Assembly: GCA_050951325.1 (NCBI GenBank)
Contig: JBMNIW010000008.1
Location: 312,027 to 376,026, forward strand
Source of the DNA: Clostridia bacterium
GTDB taxonomy: Bacteria > Bacillota > Clostridia > UBA1212 > DUPL01
Direction of reading: 5' to 3'
Length of the DNA: 64,000 nucleotides
The notes under the pieces were generated by a model, which saw nothing but the letters and a program-made list of their open reading frames with translations, did no database searches and was not told where the DNA came from. The first letter of the stretch is position 1; each line of letters opens with the position of its first letter. A program made the position numbers and the translations under genes. Positions 9,184 through 18,791 of this stretch are shown in pieces.

Positions 9184-10641
9184 TCATATTACATTCTTTA
9201 ATGCTTGTCTTACTTCACTATTATTTAATCTTTCAATTTCTTTATCATGTAGTATTTTAAACCTCTCAAAATCTCGTTTACATTCTTCTTGATTAATATT
9301 GCATAAATCATCGTTAACGTGCTGTATTAAAAATGCACTATATAAATCCCTTTGTATTTTAATGCCGTTTAAATCATTCCAACGTTGACTTAATTTTTTC
9401 TTATTATATCTGCAATTCAAATGATTATATTGGCTTGCTTTTACTTCTTTAGTATTAACTTTTATAAGTTTTTCACCAAAATATTTTAATTTATTGTCTA
9501 GTATGGTTAATAATTTTGCTGGTGCTTTATTGGCTAAACTTTTACCAAACCGTTTCTTACGTTTAAATTTACCTTTATCGTTCTTTTCAGTTTTCTTGTT
9601 TCGTTTCTGCAATCCTTTAAAATTCATTTCTTCAACTTTTATCTTATTACCGAGAGATAATATATAATTACTTAATAATTGGTGTTGATATTCTCTTACG
9701 TCTGCTTGTTTTCTATATAATTCTCTTAGTTTGTTCTGTGCTTTAATATATCTATTAGATTTGACCCATTTAAGTTTACCTTTTTTTATTGTACCATCTT
9801 CATTAAAATTATCAGGATTATTAGCACGTCTGCTTCTATCCATATACCTCAAAATTCTACGCTTTTCTTTTTCAATATTATTTACTCTATCGGCTAATTC
9901 TAATAATTTTACATCTACATTTGATACTATTGCTATTGTTTGAGTACCAATATCTAACCCCACTGTACCATTTCCTATATGTCTTTTAACCTCACCATCT
10001 TTATTTATCTTCATAGGAGGTACACCTTTGAATACTATTTGAAGATAATATTTGTATTTACCTTTTATAAATCTACGTTTAATTCTACAATAGCATATTT
10101 CATCTTTTAGTGCTTGGTACTCATAAGGATTATTATAATCTATTTTTACAGATATTTTTAACCCATTCCATATAAGAAAACCATCTTTAAATCTTATGCC
10201 TGTTTTATTGCTTTTACCTTCAAGAGAATCTAATTCTCCATATTTTTTGAAGTGTACTATTTCACCATCTCCAAACAATAAATCTTCAAATGCACTCCAT
10301 ACTCTTGTTGCTATTTTTTGTGCTGTGAAACTATCTATATTTTCCGAGAAATGATGTTGCATTTCTTGTATATCTTCATGTAGTGAATATTCATTGAGCC
10401 TATATTGCTTATACATTTCATTTAATTGCTTATATAATAGTTTCTTCTCTTTTTCATTTGCATTATTAATTTGCTCCTTTAACTGCCTATATTTTTTAGT
10501 TTCAATCATAGATTTATAACGTTTATATGCTTTAGATAATACAGCATTGTATAATTGTCTGCTAATTTCAAAACGCTTATTTAAAATAGTTTCTTGATAC
10601 TTTTCAGTTATTAATGGAAATGTTACACAATATCGACTCAT
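9184..10641 (-). CDS. tnpB: RNA-guided endonuclease TnpB (485 aa)
   Basis: RuvC I GLDIG, RuvC II IKVEEM, RuvC III QRDLYSA; directly downstream of tnpA inside the IS ends. Confidence 0.9.
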   Translation of the reverse strand: MSRYCVTFPLITEKYQETILNKRFEISRQLYNAVLSKAYKRYKSMIETKKYRQLKEQINNANEKEKKLLYKQLNEMYKQYRLNEYSLHEDIQEMQHHFSENIDSFTAQKIATRVWSAFEDLLFGDGEIVHFKKYGELDSLEGKSNKTGIRFKDGFLIWNGLKISVKIDYNNPYEYQALKDEICYCRIKRRFIKGKYKYYLQIVFKGVPPMKINKDGEVKRHIGNGTVGLDIGTQTIAIVSNVDVKLLELADRVNNIEKEKRRILRYMDRSRRANNPDNFNEDGTIKKGKLKWVKSNRYIKAQNKLRELYRKQADVREYQHQLLSNYILSLGNKIKVEEMNFKGLQKRNKKTEKNDKGKFKRKKRFGKSLANKAPAKLLTILDNKLKYFGEKLIKVNTKEVKASQYNHLNCRYNKKKLSQRWNDLNGIKIQRDLYSAFLIQHVNDDLCNINQEECKRDFERFKILHDKEIERLNNSEVRQALKNVI

Positions 10642-10658
10642 AAATATTCACCACCTTT

Positions 10659-11057
10659 CTATACGTTTTTTTGATTTTCTATATATTTTTGTATTGTTTC
10701 TTCTGAAATATATCCTATAGTGCAACAAAAATAACTTCGTGTCCAAAGAGAAGGTATTCTACTTCTTAACTCTGGATATTTATTTCTTAATATCCTACTA
10801 CTTGTTCCTTTAAAATATCTTATTAATTCATGCAGTGGTTGTCGTGGGTCAAAACTTATAAACATATGAACATGGTCGGGCATTATTTCTAATGCTTTTA
10901 TTTCAACATTCTTTTCTTTTGCAATATCACAAAATATTTGTCTTAAATCTTTTTCAATATTACCAACCAATACTTTCCTTCTATATTTAGGACAAAACAC
11001 TATATGATATTGGTTAAGATATACAATACCTTCTTTGTGTATATATTTATCATTCAT
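10659..11057 (-). CDS. tnpA: IS200/IS605 Y1 transposase TnpA
   Basis: YHIVFCPKYRR, HUH motif DHVHMF, LWTRSYF, catalytic Y in KYIENQK. Confidence 0.96.
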   Translation of the reverse strand: MNDKYIHKEGIVYLNQYHIVFCPKYRRKVLVGNIEKDLRQIFCDIAKEKNVEIKALEIMPDHVHMFISFDPRQPLHELIRYFKGTSSRILRNKYPELRSRIPSLWTRSYFCCTIGYISEETIQKYIENQKNV

Positions 11058-11170
11058 TAGATATTCACCACCTATCTAATTATAATATAGCATAATATTA
11101 GATGGGTGTCAAGTATCTAATAAGCCTTCATCCCAACGACTAAAGTCGTGGGCTTTCGGCTAAGTTTTCT

Positions 11171-11736
11171 GTAATCAAAATCATTCTGCCAATTAACATG
11201 TACGCCGTTGCTGTTTTTGCCAAATTCCCTTAAGCTAGCCATGGCAATTCTTTCTACAGTAACACTTTCAGGCAATGCCTCATCAAATTCCATTGGATTA
11301 CTGTGAGAATAGTATGCAATGTCATACATTTTTTCATATCCCTTTTTCTCATAGAACCGAAGAGCCCTGTCATTCCCTGCAATGACTTCCAGAAACATCT
11401 GCCTGCAGCCTTCCTTAAGAGCTGTACTTTTATGCAGGTCAAATAATCTATGACTTATTTCACTTCCCCTGTAGTCAGGATGAACGCATAAAGCTCCACA
11501 TCTTAGTGTTCTGATTCCTTCGTACACCTTGAAGCCACCCAGCACAAGACTACAGGCTTGTCCCCATCCAGAGCAATAAAAGAATACTCGCGTTTGTTTC
11601 CTTCAATCCCAAAGAAGTTCTTTACAAACACATCTTTTGTGTGCTGAAATTTAAAGACATAATCTGAAAAGCCCCCTTGAAAGGCTTCGAATACAGCATC
11701 GTCATTTACTTCCGTACAATTTTTGTATGTTATCAT
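11171..11736 (-). pseudogene. GNAT acetyltransferase, frameshifted (~11550) and 3'-truncated by IS605
   Basis: ORFs 11503-11736 and 11117-11545 join to ...DGDKPV(G)LVLGG..LCVHPDYRG..LEVI..N..A..FYEKKGY; coding sense ends at WQNDFDY, at the IS left end. Confidence 0.85.
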
Positions 11737-12555
11737 TCTTTCACCTCTAATTCATTATACTGCACCATGTTCTGCGCCCAAAAACCTGTCCTGACCACTA
11801 TTACTCCAATTATACACTTAATAATTTCAGCTGATTAGCAGAGAGGGTAAAGAACCAGAATGTTTAATGATGTAAAGTGTGTCATGACACATGTAAGAGG
11901 TACGAAGATAGCCCAGGTTTATACACTGTCAAACATAAGCCTCCATGCATACTGCTTTGCACTCGGTATATCGTTTGCACCCAGAGCCTGTCCTACCATG
12001 ACAGCAACTGCAGCTCCCATGGAGAACAGAACGACATTTGCGAGTGGAAAACAGCTGTGTTAAAAAGACCATATAAACTCATTCATAAGATGAGGAAACC
12101 TGTCAGAATTACAGTGAACATATATGACAATAATGGAAAGCTCTACAAGCCTTGCCAACACTGTTGCTATTGCAGCTCCTTCAACTCCCAATGCAGGTAA
12201 TCCAAGTTTTCAAAAGATTAATACGTAATTTATGCATAACACCTTCCATACTCCAGCATGGCAGCCCTTTCAGCAGCATCTCCATCACCTGTCAGGTACA
12301 AAGAGATTAACTGGTCTCCCCGAGTAAGAAACAAGGCAATCGCAATATCAGCTGATTAGCTATTGCAACACCTGACATTTGGGGTGTGCCAACCTGCCCT
12401 ATCATGATATTGTCAAGTAGGTTTACAAAGTGTGTAATGGCATTCTGCACAATTATGGGCAAAACCAACACAAAAACCGCATGATAAAACTTTCTGTCCC
12501 CTTTAAATATATCTTTGAATCTATTAACAGCACCAGTTGATACGGGTTGCTTCAT
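11733..12555 (-). pseudogene. MATE efflux transporter remnant with several internal deletions and stops
   Basis: Ordered fragments LVLPIIVQNAITHFVNLLDNIMIGQVG, LGLPALGVEGAAIATVLARLVE, MGAAVAVMVGQALGAND and KCIIGVIVVRTGFWAQNMV within ~820 bp, well short of a ~450-aa MATE gene. Confidence 0.8.
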
Positions 12556-12654
12556 ATATTTTCCTCCATTTGCTAAAAGCCATGCGTTTTTCGCATGAGG
12601 AGTATTTTAGCATAATGGAGGAACATATTCTAGAAAAATATATTGGCAAGATTC

Positions 12655-13347
12655 TTAATTACCGCTGTTCTGAAAAGCCGTAGCAGGCAGCTGTCCTTTA
12701 ACAACAAGTTCCCCATCCTGTGGTTTAACCATATCAAAAGATCCCTTGTTCTGCTCAGCTTGTTCTTTCAAAAAACTGCTCAAAGCATTGTTTATACTTT
12801 CTTGCATATCCTTTTTCTTATACAAGCTTTTTGGCAAGCCAACACCCATAAGGCTTGCCTTGTTGACAGTAATATCAGTCGTATTGTTCACAACCTCACC
12901 AGAAAAGTTAAAATACACGGTAAGCTTGTTAGGCAGGTACTTTAAAGCTGGAGCAGATTCAAGCAAAGATTCTTCTGAAACTGATCCGCCAAGCATTGTC
13001 TCCAATAAAAATTCCTTGTTAACAACACCGGAAAAATCTACAGTATCATCTTTATTCACCCTTACCTGAACCTTCTGAAGAGCGCTATCTTCAGACTTGT
13101 TGTATCCAAGCAGGGATGTCACTTCTTCACTGGTAAGCCTTGCATCCACATCCAATACTTCTTTGTCTGTGTCTTTGTCCAAGTTCAGTTTTTTTAGAGC
13201 ACTATCATATGCCTCTTTGCTTACTTTAACTCCCAGATTCTTTGGTACATGCATGTTGTATACAAATACTCCAATAACTACACCAAGAACAACAAATATA
13301 ACAAATACTGCAATAAGGGCTTTTTTCTTTTTACTTTTTTTCTTCAT
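12655..13347 (-). CDS. Hypothetical membrane-anchored extracellular protein
   Basis: Basic N-terminus plus a single TM helix; GGGAG RBS. Confidence 0.75.
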   Translation of the reverse strand: MKKKSKKKKALIAVFVIFVVLGVVIGVFVYNMHVPKNLGVKVSKEAYDSALKKLNLDKDTDKEVLDVDARLTSEEVTSLLGYNKSEDSALQKVQVRVNKDDTVDFSGVVNKEFLLETMLGGSVSEESLLESAPALKYLPNKLTVYFNFSGEVVNNTTDITVNKASLMGVGLPKSLYKKKDMQESINNALSSFLKEQAEQNKGSFDMVKPQDGELVVKGQLPATAFQNSGN

Positions 13348-13489
13348 GTTTCACTCCCTTAATTTGGTGAAATGTGTATAAATATTATACCATGTTAAAA
13401 TCAGATCTCAAAATTATTTATTGTAATTTTTTGGTAAAAACCCAGGAATTATGATAGTATTTTATAAACTAAAAAAGGAAGTGATGCTG

Positions 13490-14239
13490 ATGGCTTTTAA
13501 GAATAAAACGGTTATTGTAACGGGTGCTGCAAATGGAATAGGTAAAGCTGTTGCCACCCTTTATGCTGAAAAGGATGCCTGTGTGGTAATAGCAGACAAG
13601 GATGAGGAAAATGGAATAAAGACAGCGGAGAGTATAAAGAAGAAGGGGTTTAATGCAATATTTTTGGCAGCTGATGTAAGAGTCGAAACTGACATAATAC
13701 GGCTGATGGAAAGCACATATAAAGCATATGGGCATATTGATATCCTGATAAACAATTCCGGGCTTTCAGTTTTCAAGTCTCCGTATGAATTATCAATTGA
13801 AGAATGGGATGATATTTTAAACACAAATTTAAGAAGTGTTTTCTTGTGCTCCCGAGAAGCTGCAAAGTACATGCGCATGAAAAAAGATGGCGGCTGTATA
13901 GTTAATATTGCATCAACAAGGGCTATTATGTCCGAACCAAACTCCGAAGCGTATGCAGCTTCAAAAGGTGGGATTGTAGCCATAACCCATGCTCTTTCTG
14001 CATCGTTTGGAAAAGACAGGATTACAGTAAACGCAATATCTCCTGGCTGGATTGAGACGGGTGACTATTCAAAACTAAGAGATATTGATCACGAACAACA
14101 TCTGTCAAAACGTGTGGGAAAGCCGAAAGATATCGCCAGAGCATGCCTTTTCCTGACAGACAAAGAGAATGATTTTGTCACCGGTATTAATTTGGTCGTA
14201 GATGGCGGCATGACCCGTAAAATGATATATGAGGAGTAA
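13490..14239 (+). CDS. SDR family oxidoreductase
   Basis: TGAANGIG, NNSG, YAASK, DGG motifs. Confidence 0.92.
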   Translation: MAFKNKTVIVTGAANGIGKAVATLYAEKDACVVIADKDEENGIKTAESIKKKGFNAIFLAADVRVETDIIRLMESTYKAYGHIDILINNSGLSVFKSPYELSIEEWDDILNTNLRSVFLCSREAAKYMRMKKDGGCIVNIASTRAIMSEPNSEAYAASKGGIVAITHALSASFGKDRITVNAISPGWIETGDYSKLRDIDHEQHLSKRVGKPKDIARACLFLTDKENDFVTGINLVVDGGMTRKMIYEE

Positions 14240-14721
14240 CTGCTACTCCTCATCATACTATCCTGCTGTTCTCAAACTCTATAAAGACAAGTTCCAAATT
14301 CCGGATTTTCCCGAATAAATGCTTTAATCTTCACAAGGAAAATGTATTACCTCTTAAACATCCCAAATACTCCGAACTTGGGGATCTTGGCTATGTAGGC
14401 ATTGAATGACAAATCAAACTTTACGTATGTATCTCGGGACATTTTAATTTTTCCCTTAACTCTTCCATCAAAAACATTGGAAATTCTTCTTTTTTTACAT
14501 CCTTGCCTTCGGGTTCAGAAATCTTTGTTGTCATGGCCTTGTACCAACCTTTTACCAGAGCAAAATTGCCAGATACAACAAACCAAGCTTGATTTTACTG
14601 CCTGATTTTCTCATAAATTCCTCCTAGTGTATTAATTGCCATTTGCAATTAAACACCTGTTAAAACAAGGCTTCAATAAAAAACAACCCAGAAAACATCC
14701 AGGTTGCTTTTCATTTTATTC

Positions 14722-15945
14722 TCACTCCACGATCTTATCCTTAATCTTTTCAATGAGCTTCAAAACTGCTTTTTCAATCTTTTCAAGATGTCCTTCCTTG
14801 GGGGCTCCCTCAAACTCCACCGAATCAATTAAATCCCACTTCATATTGTTTCTTTCAATGATTTCTTTCAACTCCTTCTCTGCGCCACCCGACCAGCCAT
14901 AGGAGCCAAATCTAAATGCTGTCTTTCCTGTAATCCTCTTCCTTCCTATCTCATCCAGTGCAGCGGCTACAGGTGGAAAGAGCTTGTACTCATATGTAGG
15001 AGCTGCAATTATCACTGCCGCAGACTTGAATACTGTTGCCACCATTTCACTGTCGCTTTCCAAAGGCATCTGAAGCTTGTTGTATTTAACACCCTCTCTT
15101 TTGAGTATGCCTTCAACAAAATCAACAGCCTTTTTTGTCATTCCATACATTGAACCCCACAATATGGTAACTTCATTCTTTCCTTTCCCATCTGCATACT
15201 GGGAGAACCTGTAATAGTCATCCATGATTTTATTGGGATTCTTTCTGTAAACAGGACCATGTCCAGGAGCAATTATACTTGCATTCAGCTGTCTTGCCTT
15301 CTCCAAGGCCTTTCGCAAACTGGGAGTAAAAGTGGTCATAACATTGGAATAGTATCTTATACCTTCAAATTCAAAGAACTCCATTTCTTCATCCGTCAAT
15401 TCATCATCAAAGAAGTGCTCTCCCATTCTGCCAAAAGTTCCAAACATGTCGCAGGAAAACAAGGTTTTCGTGCTGGTTTCAAAGGTGTACATGGTATCCG
15501 GCCAGTGAACATTGGGTACAGGATGGAAACTCAGCACCTTGCCCTTTCCAAGGTCAAGAGTATCCCCTTCCTTTACAACTCTTATCTTGTCTTCACCGTA
15601 GAAAGAAGATACCATCTTTGCTGCCTTGTCAGTACAGATTATTGTAAAATCTTCCTTAATTTTTCTAAAGTTTGAAATCCAGCCTGAATGGTCAGGTTCC
15701 ATATGATTGACTATGAGATAATCTATATCATTAGGATCAACACCTATTTCCTCCAGATTCCTATACAAGGTTTCAGGTATTCCATCCCAGTTAATAACTC
15801 CATCAATAATTGCAGTCTTCTCTCCTTGTACAATAAAGGAGTTGAGAGTTACTCCATTTGCTATTTCCCATATGCCTTCAAAAAGTATATCTTCCACATT
15901 CATTGTAAGCATATGTATTCCATCTGCAATTCTTATCTTCTTCAT
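14722..15945 (-). CDS. fprA: FprA family flavodiiron protein (O2/NO reductase)
   Basis: HMEPDH, VHWPD, SCDMFG, PGHG ligands; flavodoxin domain SMYGMT and GSYGWSGG. Confidence 0.92.
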   Translation of the reverse strand: MKKIRIADGIHMLTMNVEDILFEGIWEIANGVTLNSFIVQGEKTAIIDGVINWDGIPETLYRNLEEIGVDPNDIDYLIVNHMEPDHSGWISNFRKIKEDFTIICTDKAAKMVSSFYGEDKIRVVKEGDTLDLGKGKVLSFHPVPNVHWPDTMYTFETSTKTLFSCDMFGTFGRMGEHFFDDELTDEEMEFFEFEGIRYYSNVMTTFTPSLRKALEKARQLNASIIAPGHGPVYRKNPNKIMDDYYRFSQYADGKGKNEVTILWGSMYGMTKKAVDFVEGILKREGVKYNKLQMPLESDSEMVATVFKSAAVIIAAPTYEYKLFPPVAAALDEIGRKRITGKTAFRFGSYGWSGGAEKELKEIIERNNMKWDLIDSVEFEGAPKEGHLEKIEKAVLKLIEKIKDKIVE

Positions 15946-16128
15946 ACTGCTTCCTCCTGAAAAAAGTAATAATTGTGTACATGTTATTTTTCCACAAGAG
16001 TGGCGGTCATGTCAATCAATATTATCTCGTAAGTTGAAATTGTGTTGACATTAGCATCCTTTTTTGCAAAACCACATGTACCAGAATCCCATGAAATGGT
16101 ATAATAAATGTACAAGAGGTGATCAATT

Positions 16129-17784
16129 ATGAAAAAACTCGCAGTATTCATTCTCACACTACTCCTTCTATTAAATATTACAGCTTGTGACAATAATCTG
16201 CCGGCGGAGGAAGAAGATAAATCCAATGACATTGTGATTCTCTTTACAAGCGATGTGCATGGTGCAATTGACAGCGGCTGGACATACAGCGGAATCGATG
16301 TTCTTCGCAGACAATTAATAGCAAAAGGCTGCAAAGTAATACTCGTGGATAATGGCGATGCCATTCAAGGAGAAATACTTGCCACAATGACATCAGGCAG
16401 TGCAGTAATTGAGCTTATGAATGCTCTTGGTTATGACATCGCCACCATCGGAAACCATGAGTTTGATTATGGGATGGATAGATTTCTTGAACTTGCTGAA
16501 ATGGCGGATTTCCCTTACATAAGCTGCAACTTCAATAAAATGGGCAGTCTGGTATTTGAGCCGTATATAATTAAGAACGTGGGTGGAACAAAAATAGCTT
16601 TTGTGGGCATTACCACCCCTTGGACTCTAAAAAGCTCAACTCCTGCATATTTTATGGATAATAACGGCAGCTATGTCTATGGTTTCATGCAGGGAGATGA
16701 AGGCAGAAATCTGTATAATGCAGTTCAAAAAGCAGTAGATGACGCAAGAGCCGAAGGAGCAAAGTACGTCATTGCCATGGCCCACCTTGGAAATGTGGCG
16801 GAACACAGCCCCTATACATATGCGGATGTACTTGCAAACACAAGCGGTATTGACGTATTGGTGGATGGACACAGTCACGACCTTGATCAAGTCAAAATGA
16901 AAAACAAGGAAGGAAAAGACGTGTTGCGCTCTGCCTGCGGTACCAAACTTGAAGCCATTGGATATGTCAGAATCACCCCGGATGGAACAATCACCACTGG
17001 ATTATACAAGTGGGACAATGAAGAAAATGCAGTTGAGCTTTTGGGTCTTGATTCATACATGAATGAGGCCTGCAAGAAGGCAAAAGAAACACTTGCCAAG
17101 ACCATAACGGAAGTAGTCGCAACAAGCAAGGTGGATCTGTTGACAAAGGACCCGGATACGGGTGTGCGCATTGTCCGCAACCAAGAAACAAATATTGGGA
17201 ACTTGTGTGCGGATGCATATAGATTTTTATCAGGTGCGGATATTGCATTTGTAAATGGCGGAGGCATCCGAAGCGATTTGCTTAAAGGAGACATAACCCG
17301 TGAAGATATCTTAAAAGTTCACCCCTTTGGCAATATGCTGTGTGTATGCGAAGCAACAGGACAGGAGATCCTCGATGCCCTTGAATTCAGCGCACATGCA
17401 TGGCCGTCTGAAACCGGAGGCTGGCTCTGCCCTTCAGGCATAAGCTACGAAATACATACATATATCGAATCAAGTGTGGAAATAGATGAAACAGGTATGT
17501 TTGTTGGAGTTAATGGAGAATACCGGGTAAAGAATGTATATGTGGGAGACGAACCTCTTGACTTGAATAAAACATACACAGTGGCAAGCCACAATTACAT
17601 GCTGCAAAACATGGGCGACGGTTATACCATGTTTTCTGATAATGAATTTTTGCAGGACAACGTGATGCTTGACGTCCAGGTGCTGATTACATACATAACC
17701 AAGCACTTGGGAGGAGTTATTGGAGAAGAGTACAAAGAGGCACAAGGAAGAATAATCTTTGTAGAGAAAGGACCTGGAAACTAA
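16129..17784 (+). CDS. 5'-nucleotidase / UDP-sugar hydrolase lipoprotein
   Basis: Lipobox ITAC; SDVH, GDAIQG, GNHEFD, GHSH, NGGGIR, HPFGN motifs. Confidence 0.92.
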   Translation: MKKLAVFILTLLLLLNITACDNNLPAEEEDKSNDIVILFTSDVHGAIDSGWTYSGIDVLRRQLIAKGCKVILVDNGDAIQGEILATMTSGSAVIELMNALGYDIATIGNHEFDYGMDRFLELAEMADFPYISCNFNKMGSLVFEPYIIKNVGGTKIAFVGITTPWTLKSSTPAYFMDNNGSYVYGFMQGDEGRNLYNAVQKAVDDARAEGAKYVIAMAHLGNVAEHSPYTYADVLANTSGIDVLVDGHSHDLDQVKMKNKEGKDVLRSACGTKLEAIGYVRITPDGTITTGLYKWDNEENAVELLGLDSYMNEACKKAKETLAKTITEVVATSKVDLLTKDPDTGVRIVRNQETNIGNLCADAYRFLSGADIAFVNGGGIRSDLLKGDITREDILKVHPFGNMLCVCEATGQEILDALEFSAHAWPSETGGWLCPSGISYEIHTYIESSVEIDETGMFVGVNGEYRVKNVYVGDEPLDLNKTYTVASHNYMLQNMGDGYTMFSDNEFLQDNVMLDVQVLITYITKHLGGVIGEEYKEAQGRIIFVEKGPGN

Positions 17785-17800
17785 AAGTCCAGGTCCTTTG
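17768..17800. terminator. Bidirectional intrinsic terminator
   Basis: AAAGGACCTGGA...TCCAGGTCCTTT between convergent genes. Confidence 0.65.
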
Positions 17801-17806
17801 TTTTAC

Positions 17807-18289
17807 TCACTTTGAATACACCACAATATCTTCTTTCTTCTGCCATCCGCAAGACTCCCAAAAAGAATTTTCATCAGGGTTTACAAAAACCATATAATCC
17901 TTAATGCCATTTTCTCTCAGATTTTCAAGGCATGCTTCTAAAAGCCTTTCCTCTACCCCTTTATCCTTGTAATTCTCATCCACAGTCAGATTATGAATAT
18001 ATCCTGTAAGGCCATCCTGACCACAGAGTAGGGTTCCTACGATTTTCTCCTGGTCTCTGCAAATCAGGCTGTATTTACTGTTTTCGTACAAGAACTCTCT
18101 AAAGCTTTCTTTTTTAATGGTAATATTGCTGTGTTTATTCCAAAAATTACAAACCGCATCATAATCATCAAAACTCATTGTAAAGAGTGGCAAATCATCC
18201 GGTATAAGGTTGTCAAGCAAATTCTCAAGGAAGTCTTGAAACTTGAAAGCTCCTTCCTGCCTGAACCTCTCCACTTCAGAATATCTCAT
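17807..18289 (-). CDS. GNAT acetyltransferase-like protein (possibly the C-terminal part of a decayed fusion)
   Basis: IVGTLLCGQDGLTGYIHNLTVDENYKDKGV..LL; FWESCGW. Confidence 0.7.
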   Translation of the reverse strand: MRYSEVERFRQEGAFKFQDFLENLLDNLIPDDLPLFTMSFDDYDAVCNFWNKHSNITIKKESFREFLYENSKYSLICRDQEKIVGTLLCGQDGLTGYIHNLTVDENYKDKGVEERLLEACLENLRENGIKDYMVFVNPDENSFWESCGWQKKEDIVVYSK

Positions 18290-18492
18290 CTTAAATACAG
18301 TTTTGCACTTTTTATCTTGAATGACCTTGACGACAGTTCAAGCGACAAATCAGGACACACAATATTCTTCTTGTAAATAACTCTCCTGAAAATCCCTTGC
18401 ACATAGCCTTTGCTTTCTGCACTTAAACGCCACATGGCATCCGCCCAACTTGCACCACCACGTGCTCTTTCTCCATAATTTCTTTTTGACAT
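18286..18492 (-). pseudogene. Short ORF under the SAM riboswitch; probable remnant of a longer gene
   Basis: AAGGAG RBS; ATGA overlap with the GNAT ORF; no intact domain recognised. Confidence 0.4.
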
Positions 18493-18547
18493 AATATCAA
18501 TCTCCTTTCATGGCTTTTGTACTTCCGTTTGAGTCGCCATCAAGGAA

Positions 18548-18570
18548 CAAAAAAAGCTCCCAAGGAGCCC
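18548..18570 (-). terminator. Riboswitch expression-platform terminator
   Basis: GGCTCC-TTG-GGAGCT followed by a T-run, immediately 3' of the aptamer. Confidence 0.75.
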
Positions 18571-18576
18571 TTTCCA

Positions 18577-18674
18577 ACTCCTTATCAATGTTAGCATTAC
18601 CACCTTGCTTTCCATAAAGCAGGTTGGTGCATGGTCACTGAGCTAACCCTCTACCATGACTCGTAATAAGAAGT
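18577..18674 (-). ncRNA. SAM-I (S-box) riboswitch, P4-less variant
   Basis: P1 ACTTCTTATT/GATAAGGAGT; J1/2 ACGAG; P2 CATGG/CCATG with kink-turn GAG..TGA; P3 ACCAACC..GGTGGT; pseudoknot GTTAG/CTAAC; downstream terminator. Confidence 0.82.
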
Positions 18675-18791
18675 ACAATATTTATTTTGTCGGATATAGA
18701 TTATCATAATATTTCCAAAGATGCAACACCATTCATTTACAATTTTCTTCTGAAACGATATAATTCAGGTAGAAGAAACAGGAGGATAGTT

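Larger units (their letters stand above)
9015..11170 (-). mobile_element. IS200/IS605-family element (tnpA + tnpB), apparently intact, 2,156 bp
   Basis: LE: TTAC|AGAAAACTTAGCCG-AAAG-CCCACGAC-TTTA-GTCGTTGGG, the IS608-type guide AAAG/target TTAC pair. RE: GAAC-CTGCTGGC-TTTA-GCCACGCAG-AGTT-TCAG|. No TSD; visibly AT-richer than its flanks. Confidence 0.93.

Noticed and set aside
2803-10641. ECF sigma near TnpB as an RNA-guided transcription system (dCas12f-sigmaE or TldR-like)
   Set aside because: This TnpB has an intact RuvC triad, sits in a complete IS with tnpA and both ends, and is separated from the sigma by unrelated genes; the proximity is explained by insertion.
9015-11170. IStron (group I intron-IS605 hybrid), suggested by the TCAG right end
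   Set aside because: Only ~110 nt lie between the LE and the tnpA start, leaving no room for a group I intron core.
14250-14630. Minus-strand gene remnant (GGAGG RBS + MRKSGSKIKLGLLYLAILLW*)
   Set aside because: Probably a decayed gene, but no family is recognisable and the boundaries cannot be supported.
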